From Terriglobia bacterium (GTDB lineage: Bacteria; Acidobacteriota; Terriglobia; JAJPHL01; JAPKYU01), in NCBI GenBank assembly GCA_965223005.1, contig CBDCVK010000010.1, forward strand, positions 1,344,001 to 1,408,000: DNA of 64,000 nucleotides, in the 5' to 3' direction. Shown here in pieces: positions 58,714-64,000 of this stretch (position 1 is its first letter; every line of letters begins with the position of its first letter). The notes under the pieces were generated by a model, which saw nothing but the letters and a program-made list of their open reading frames with translations, searched no databases and was not told where the DNA came from. The translations under genes were made by a program, and so were the position numbers.

Positions 58714-59472
58714 CTACGAGCTTTCGCCTTGGGGTGTTTCGTCGTTCGGTTGAGACGGGCCGCCCGGAGGGTTCGCATGAGATGAATTGAGGAGAGTTTC
58801 TATTCGATCTAGTTTCTGGCTGACAGTTTTGAGGTCCGCGCCCGATTCTTGCGCGACGAAATACGCCGCCACAGACGCCGATATCGTAGATGTCAGGCCC
58901 ACTCCGCTCAGCATCAGCAAGATGGCCACCAGTCTGCCCCCTACGCTCAGCGGGGTAATGTCTCCATAGCCCACCGTGGTTACGGTAACGATTGCCCACC
59001 AGATACCCTCCCAAAAGCCGTTGTGAACCGTTTGCGGCTCCAAGACCGCCAAACTGCCGCCTCCGGCGAAAACCAACAGCGCGGTCACCATGGCCATATA
59101 GGCTAGGCCTCGACGTCCCAAGATGCGGCCCAAAGAGTCCATGCCGCGCGCCGTTACCCCCAGCAGAGTAAGGAGTGGGAAGAGGCGGGCCAGGCGAGTC
59201 AGCCGAGTCAGGGCGAGCGCAGTGGGGAGTAGAGGGAAAGACACAATCACCACGGCCGCACTGAGGCGGTGTGTCCTCGCGTATTGCCGGCGATTGGCGG
59301 AATAGGTCAGCCCTACGACGTAGTCCACCACGAAGACAAGCCAGATGGCCCAGTCCGCCACCTGCACGACGAGGCCCCTGGCGCCCAGCTCGTCCAGGAC
59401 AGTCACGGGAATGGTGGCAACAGCCCCGAGCAAAACACCAATCTCCAAGGCGACCTGCCATTGGTTTTTCAT
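58714..59472 (-). CDS. Potassium channel protein (6TM, Kv-like)
   Basis: TTVGYGD selectivity filter; S4-like LTRLTRLARL. Confidence 0.9.
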   Translation of the reverse strand: MKNQWQVALEIGVLLGAVATIPVTVLDELGARGLVVQVADWAIWLVFVVDYVVGLTYSANRRQYARTHRLSAAVVIVSFPLLPTALALTRLTRLARLFPLLTLLGVTARGMDSLGRILGRRGLAYMAMVTALLVFAGGGSLAVLEPQTVHNGFWEGIWWAIVTVTTVGYGDITPLSVGGRLVAILLMLSGVGLTSTISASVAAYFVAQESGADLKTVSQKLDRIETLLNSSHANPPGGPSQPNDETPQGESS

Positions 59473-59632
59473 GGATTCCACCCCCTTAAAGAACAGTAGT
59501 TAGTTAGATTCTGCAACCTCAGACACCCAGCGCAATATAGCACGGCAGCGAAACAGCCCTTTCTCGGACCTGGGCCTGCAGTTCCTTTTCAGAATTGTCT
59601 ATGGATTCAGACTTGCTCTGCACCCGCCGCAC

Positions 59633-59730
59633 TTACCTGCCCGCCTGATCAGCGCGGTGGTCGCACAGGATTTCCCGGACCGCGTTGTAGCCGGGTGCAC
59701 CCAAGACTCCAACAACCCTGGCTGGTGGGT
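59633..59730 (-). pseudogene. C-terminal remnant of a phytoene-dehydrogenase-like FAD oxidoreductase
   Basis: Reads GVLGAPGYNAVREILCD..stop with an out-of-frame TH.PG just upstream, like the THPGGGV.GAPG.NAA..IL family terminus. Confidence 0.45.
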
Positions 59731-59816
59731 TGTGAAACGTTGGAAAGCTTGAGATTTATGCTCTTGAGGATGATTCCTGTTTCGAGCCAGGAGCCCGGTC
59801 GGCTCTGGCCACGCAC

Positions 59817-60152
59817 CTACGAGCTGGGTCCAGCAGAACTTTCGGGCGCGCCGGCGCTGGCCATGCAATTGCGGAAAGTGGCGGTGACTTCTGGGGGCAC
59901 AGATTCAAACCGGATGCCCACGCCTCTTGGGCTGGAGTTGACCACAAAGCCACGCACTCGAAATTGGCTTCGGTGGCCTGGTACCGCAAACGCCAGTTCG
60001 TATCGCTGGCCCGTCTGGGCCACCTCGGGAGGCGCCGCCAACATCCCGTACTCACTGAACTCGACTACCTGTCCGTGCCCCACCTGGCGGCCCAGACGGA
60101 GCGAGACCTTCCAATCCACCGCTACGCGGGCCACCCTCCGTTTTTCGTCCAT
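59817..60152 (-). CDS. Stand-alone PilZ domain protein
   Basis: EKRRVAR and EFSEYG motifs, GVGIRF. Confidence 0.78.
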   Translation of the reverse strand: MDEKRRVARVAVDWKVSLRLGRQVGHGQVVEFSEYGMLAAPPEVAQTGQRYELAFAVPGHRSQFRVRGFVVNSSPRGVGIRFESVPPEVTATFRNCMASAGAPESSAGPSS

Positions 60153-60221
60153 GGCGTACCTATCTTCTCATTCGCCAGTCTCAGGGGGAGGGGAAACTGG
60201 GGGGATAGTCTACGAACTCAT

Positions 60222-61511
60222 TTAGCTGGCGCCGCCGCGCCAGACCACCCTGCCATCGACAATGGTAACTTCGGGGCCACCCCGAAAGGCGCGGCCGTCA
60301 AAGGGACTATTCTTGCTCTTGGAACAGGAAGCGTTCAAGTCAAATTTCCAGGGTCGATCGGTGGAAAACACGGTGACGTCGGCGTGCCCACCTGGCGCCA
60401 GCGACCCACGGCCCGGCAGGCCCAGGAGCCGGGCCGGGTTTGCGGAAAACAACTCTACCAGACGGGATAGTCCAATGCGCCCGCTGTGGTAGAGGCGCTC
60501 CAGGGCCAGGCCCAGCGCAGTTTCCAGGCCGACAATGCCGAAGGGAGCCAACTCAAATTCCTGCATTTTTTCGCTGCCAGCGTGCGGTGCGTGATCGGTG
60601 GCGATGACGTCCACGGTTCCATCCACCAGACCGTCCTCGAGAGCGGCCACGTCCTGGCGGGTCCGCAGTGGCGGCTTCATCTTGTAATTGGTGTCGTAGT
60701 CGACGATGTCTTCCTCGCTGAGAGAGAAGTGGTGCGGAGTCACCTCACAGGTGATTCGGAGCCCCAGGGCCCGCGCCTCCCGCACCATCTGGAGCGAGCG
60801 CGCGGTTGTCAGATGAGCAATGTGCAGGTGGGCCGACGTATCGGCTGCCAGCAGGATATTGCGCGACACCATCACGTCTTCGGAGGCTCCGCTGATCCCT
60901 CGCAGGCCGAGGCGAGTGGAGACTAGCCCTTCGTGCATCTGGCCTCCCGCGGACAATTGCAGGTCTTCGGAGTGGTCGATGACCGGCAGGCCGTAGGCCA
61001 GCGAGTATTCCATGGCGTGGCGCATCAGGCGGGTGTTCATGACCGGGCGGCCATCGTCCGAGATGGCCACGATGCCTGCCTGACGCATGGCGCCAATTTC
61101 GGCCAGCCGCTCGCCCCGGCTGCGGTGCGAGATGGCCCCGATGGGAAAGATGTGGACCGCCGCGCGCCGGGCCGTCTCGACAATGAATTGGGTCACCGCC
61201 GCGTTGTCGTTGACCGGGTTGGTATTGGGCATGGCACAGATGGCAGTGAAGCCTCCGGCAGCGGCCGCCCGCGCCCCGGTCTCGATGGTTTCCGCGTGCT
61301 CATTGCCGGGTTCCCGCAAGTGCACATGCAGGTCGATGAAGCCGGGCGCCACCACCAGTCCGGTGGCATCCAGCACCTCGGCGTCGGGCACCTGCAGCGT
61401 AGGAGCCACTTCGGCAATAACTCCGTCGCGCAGCAGAACGTCGCGCACCGCGTCCAGTTTCTGAGTGGGGTCCACGACCCGGCCGTTCTTCAACAACAGC
61501 ATCGTTGGCAT
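60222..61511 (-). CDS. pyrC: Dihydroorotase
   Basis: PGFIDLHVHLREPG, MPNT, EVTPHH, ATDHAPH. Confidence 0.96.
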   Translation of the reverse strand: MPTMLLLKNGRVVDPTQKLDAVRDVLLRDGVIAEVAPTLQVPDAEVLDATGLVVAPGFIDLHVHLREPGNEHAETIETGARAAAAGGFTAICAMPNTNPVNDNAAVTQFIVETARRAAVHIFPIGAISHRSRGERLAEIGAMRQAGIVAISDDGRPVMNTRLMRHAMEYSLAYGLPVIDHSEDLQLSAGGQMHEGLVSTRLGLRGISGASEDVMVSRNILLAADTSAHLHIAHLTTARSLQMVREARALGLRITCEVTPHHFSLSEEDIVDYDTNYKMKPPLRTRQDVAALEDGLVDGTVDVIATDHAPHAGSEKMQEFELAPFGIVGLETALGLALERLYHSGRIGLSRLVELFSANPARLLGLPGRGSLAPGGHADVTVFSTDRPWKFDLNASCSKSKNSPFDGRAFRGGPEVTIVDGRVVWRGGAS

Positions 61512-61530
61512 TTCCGACTTTGCCTAGTCT

Positions 61531-62469
61531 TTAGTACGGCAATCCGCCGGGCGCCTCGGGAGGCCCCAGCAGCAGGTCCAGCACCGCCATCCGCACCGCC
61601 ACCCCGTTTTCCACCTGGTTCAAAATGACCGAACGCGGAAAGTCGGCCACTTCGGAGGAGATTTCTCGGCCCCGATTGATCGGCCCCGGATGCATCACAA
61701 TGGCATCCTCACGAGCCGCGCGCAGGTGATCCAGCCGCAGGCCATAGAGCTGAAAGTATTCCTGAATGGAGGGGAAGTAGGGCTCGGTCTGCCGCTCCAG
61801 TTGCACGCGCAACATCATGATGACGTCGGCGCCTGCGATCGCCTCCTCCATCTGGTAGCTGAGCGAAACACAGGGTGAGAGGCGCGCCAGCTCCGGCGGG
61901 ACCAGCTGCGGCGGCCCGCACAACACCACTCGTGCCCCAAACTTGCTCAGCAGCCAGACGTTGGAACGGGCCACCCGGCTGTGGGTAATGTCTCCGATGA
62001 TGGCCACCTGCAATCCGGCCAGCGCCGACTTGTACTCCAGGATGGTGAACGCATCCAGCAACGCCTGCGTGGGATGTTCGTGGGCGCCATCGCCAGCGTT
62101 GATGATGGGGGTTGCCAGGTGGCGCGCCAGGAAATGGGGGGCGCCGGAAGCCGAGTGCCGCATGACGATGGCATCCGGGTGCATCGCGGCCAGCGTGTTG
62201 AGCGTGTCCAGCAGTGACTCGCCCTTTTCCACGCTTGAGGCCTGGGCTGTGATGCTCAGCGTGTCTGCGCCCAGCCGCCGAGACGCCAGCTCGAACGAGA
62301 TGCGCGTGCGGGTCGACGCCTCAAAGAAAAGGTGAATGATGGTCTTGCCCCGCAGACGGTCCAGCTTCTGCTGCGTGCGCTGCAACGGCTTGTAAACACG
62401 GGCCCGATCCAGCACCGCCTGGATATCGCTGGTGGACAGTTCTTCGACTCCGAGAAGCCCCTCCTTCAT
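61531..62469 (-). CDS. pyrB: Aspartate carbamoyltransferase
   Basis: FFEASTRTR.SFE, NAGDG..HPTQ, HPGP.NRG. Confidence 0.97.
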   Translation of the reverse strand: MKEGLLGVEELSTSDIQAVLDRARVYKPLQRTQQKLDRLRGKTIIHLFFEASTRTRISFELASRRLGADTLSITAQASSVEKGESLLDTLNTLAAMHPDAIVMRHSASGAPHFLARHLATPIINAGDGAHEHPTQALLDAFTILEYKSALAGLQVAIIGDITHSRVARSNVWLLSKFGARVVLCGPPQLVPPELARLSPCVSLSYQMEEAIAGADVIMMLRVQLERQTEPYFPSIQEYFQLYGLRLDHLRAAREDAIVMHPGPINRGREISSEVADFPRSVILNQVENGVAVRMAVLDLLLGPPEAPGGLPY

Positions 62470-62523
62470 CGGTTCATTGGCTGCCCCAGCATTGAATCAT
62501 CCATGTGCGCATGAATCAAGGAG

Positions 62524-63075
62524 TCAATCGTCAGTCGTTTCGACCAACATGACCCGCTCGTTCAGATCCACTTCCTCGAGCTTCACTTCGATGATCTCGC
62601 GGTCGCTCGTCTCCACGTACTTGCCGACGTAGCGCGCTTCAATGGGCAGCTCGCGGTGCCCGCGGTCAATCAACGCCAGCAACTGGATGCGGCGCGGGCG
62701 ACCGCGGTCAAACAGGGCGTCGAGCGCAGCGCGCGTGGTCCGGCCGGTGTAGAGTACGTCATCCACCACGATGAGGTTCTTACCGTCGATGGGAAACGAG
62801 ATCTCGGTGGCCTGGACCACCGGCTTCTGATCCACGGTGGAGAGGTCGTCACGGTAGAACGTGATGTCCAGGACGCCGACCGGAATCTCGCTCTGTGCGA
62901 GTTGTCGGATCTTATCGGCCAGCCGCCGCGCCAGCGGCACGCCCCGGCGGCGGATGCCGATCAGGGCCAGGTCTTGCAGCGTCTCATTTTTTTCGATGAT
63001 TTCGTGAGCCAGGCGAGTCAGGGTGCGGTCAATCTCGGACCCGCTCATCAGTTGCGCCTTCTCGCGAAGTGCCAT
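62524..63075 (-). CDS. pyrR: Pyrimidine operon attenuator/uracil phosphoribosyltransferase
   Basis: RLAHEIIE, LDITFYRDD, VDDVLYTGRT, DRGHRELPI. Confidence 0.96.
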   Translation of the reverse strand: MALREKAQLMSGSEIDRTLTRLAHEIIEKNETLQDLALIGIRRRGVPLARRLADKIRQLAQSEIPVGVLDITFYRDDLSTVDQKPVVQATEISFPIDGKNLIVVDDVLYTGRTTRAALDALFDRGRPRRIQLLALIDRGHRELPIEARYVGKYVETSDREIIEVKLEEVDLNERVMLVETTDD

Positions 63076-63184
63076 GGCCAGCGCCCGCCATCATACCGGA
63101 CGCTCCAGCCAGCGGCAAGCATTCCCCGGACCCTTCCTCTGCAACTTGTCGACAATAAGCGCCCCCCGGGGGGGAACTGCTGCA

Positions 63185-63247
63185 AGCACTCACAGAAGAG
63201 TGTGCTAAGTCTGTCTGCCTCACGGGGCTGCGCCTGAAGCGAAAAGG
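63185..63247 (-). promoter_or_regulatory. Putative PyrR-binding leader with downstream hairpin
   Basis: AGCCCCGUGAGGCA (63216-63229) vs consensus ARUCCNGNGAGGYU; hairpin AGCAC/ACUC..GAGUGCU at about 63185-63206. Confidence 0.6.
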
Positions 63248-63270
63248 TGCGCTGTGCTAAACTGCGGTTG

Positions 63271-64000
63271 ATGCGTCGGCTTCGCGGCACGGTGGGACTA
63301 CTGCTATTGCCGCTGCTACTGCCGTCGCTACTGATTGTCGCGGCACCAGCCCAGGCCGCCCGCCGAGAGAAGCCTCGCCTGGTCCTTTTGGTCGTTATGG
63401 ACCAGTTCCGACAGGACTATTGGGCACGCTTTGGCTCGGCTTTCCTGAAAGCCGCGCCCCCCGGCGCTGGCGGCGAGAAGGCTGCCTCTCCTGGCACGTC
63501 TGTCGTCTCCGGCGGCTTGAACCTTCTACAGAAGGGTGGGGCGGTCTTCGCCAATTGCCACTACCGCCATGCCGTTACACTCACGGCGCCCGGCCATGCC
63601 ACCCTGGTCACAGGCGCCTCACCCAGCGTGCATGGGATCATCGGCAACGGCTGGTTTGACCGCGCTGGGGGCCGGCACACTACCGCCGATCACGACCCAA
63701 CCACCAAGCTGCGAGGCGCCGAGCCGACTTCGGCCGGCGCCTCGCCCCGCTGGCTTATCGGCTCCACGTTGGGCGATGATTTGCACCGGGCGACGGGTGG
63801 CCGGGCACGCGTCATTGCGATTGCCCCTAAGTCCCGCGCGGCGATCCTGCTGGGCGGAAGGCGAGCGACGGCTGCGTACTGGTTGGACTCCAAAACGTTT
63901 CACGCGATCAGCTCCACCTATTACATGAAAGAACTACCGGGCTGGGTGCAGGATTTCAATCGACAAAGCTGGGCCGAGCAGTATGGAGGCAAGCGGTGGA
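63271..64000 (+). CDS. PafA-type alkaline phosphatase family protein (partial, runs off right edge)
   Basis: Not in ORF track. Signal peptide, KPRLVLLVVMDQFRQDY, TAPGHATLVTGA.P..HGIIGN.W, TLGD. Confidence 0.88.
   Translation, partial: MRRLRGTVGLLLLPLLLPSLLIVAAPAQAARREKPRLVLLVVMDQFRQDYWARFGSAFLKAAPPGAGGEKAASPGTSVVSGGLNLLQKGGAVFANCHYRHAVTLTAPGHATLVTGASPSVHGIIGNGWFDRAGGRHTTADHDPTTKLRGAEPTSAGASPRWLIGSTLGDDLHRATGGRARVIAIAPKSRAAILLGGRRATAAYWLDSKTFHAISSTYYMKELPGWVQDFNRQSWAEQYGGKRW

Noticed and set aside
59556-59575. SRP-like or riboswitch hairpin upstream of the K+ channel
   Set aside because: Only a short GCCC..GGGC stem; lacks the SRP GGAA-AGCAG core and c-di-AMP motifs, and lies upstream of the likely -10 box.
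63297-63337. CTACTG-like repeats
   Set aside because: Explained by the Leu-rich signal peptide of the phosphatase.
1-64000. CRISPR array, tRNA (including tRNA-Sec), rRNA, transposase, integrase or reverse transcriptase
   Set aside because: No repeat-spacer periodicity, cloverleaf or catalytic motifs recognised by eye; a covariance-model scan was not run.

Overview
GC-rich bacterial chromosomal segment, most consistent with Acidobacteriota (inferred from gene content: TIGR03437/SBBP surface protein, carboxypeptidase-regulatory-like domains, Terriglobia-style ClpC/LolCD/SpoIVB neighbourhood). It is mostly housekeeping genes (gatCA, dacB, hemB/E/H, ppa, msrA/B, lysS, lolCD, clpC, rlmN, pyrRBC) plus an accessory block at about 25.8-39.9 kb. 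I found no rRNA, tRNA, CRISPR array, transposase or integrase. The strongest signal, missed by the ORF track, is a divergent pair of selenoprotein genes, each with an in-frame UGA and a SECIS-like hairpin: a peroxiredoxin-like UxxC protein (34381-34860) and a Sec formate-dehydrogenase catalytic subunit (35069-37027). The latter belongs to a split and reordered NAD-linked FDH operon (Mo/W domain, then NuoE-F fusion, then detached N-terminal Fe-S module). Other notable items: a Planctomycete-type PPC/DUF1549-1553/DUF1501 cluster; an orphan gene ending in a 37-bp copy of its neighbour; a LysW-like protein with a poly-Glu tail instead of EDWGE; a repeat-encoded mini-ORF coupled between dciA and gatC; an MBL hydrolase lacking a canonical start; an in-frame amber codon in a 7-repeat propeller gene; a PyrR site; several leaderless-type promoters; and many short 7/9/12-mer repeat tracts at gene ends. 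All family calls come from motif recognition by eye; no searches were run.
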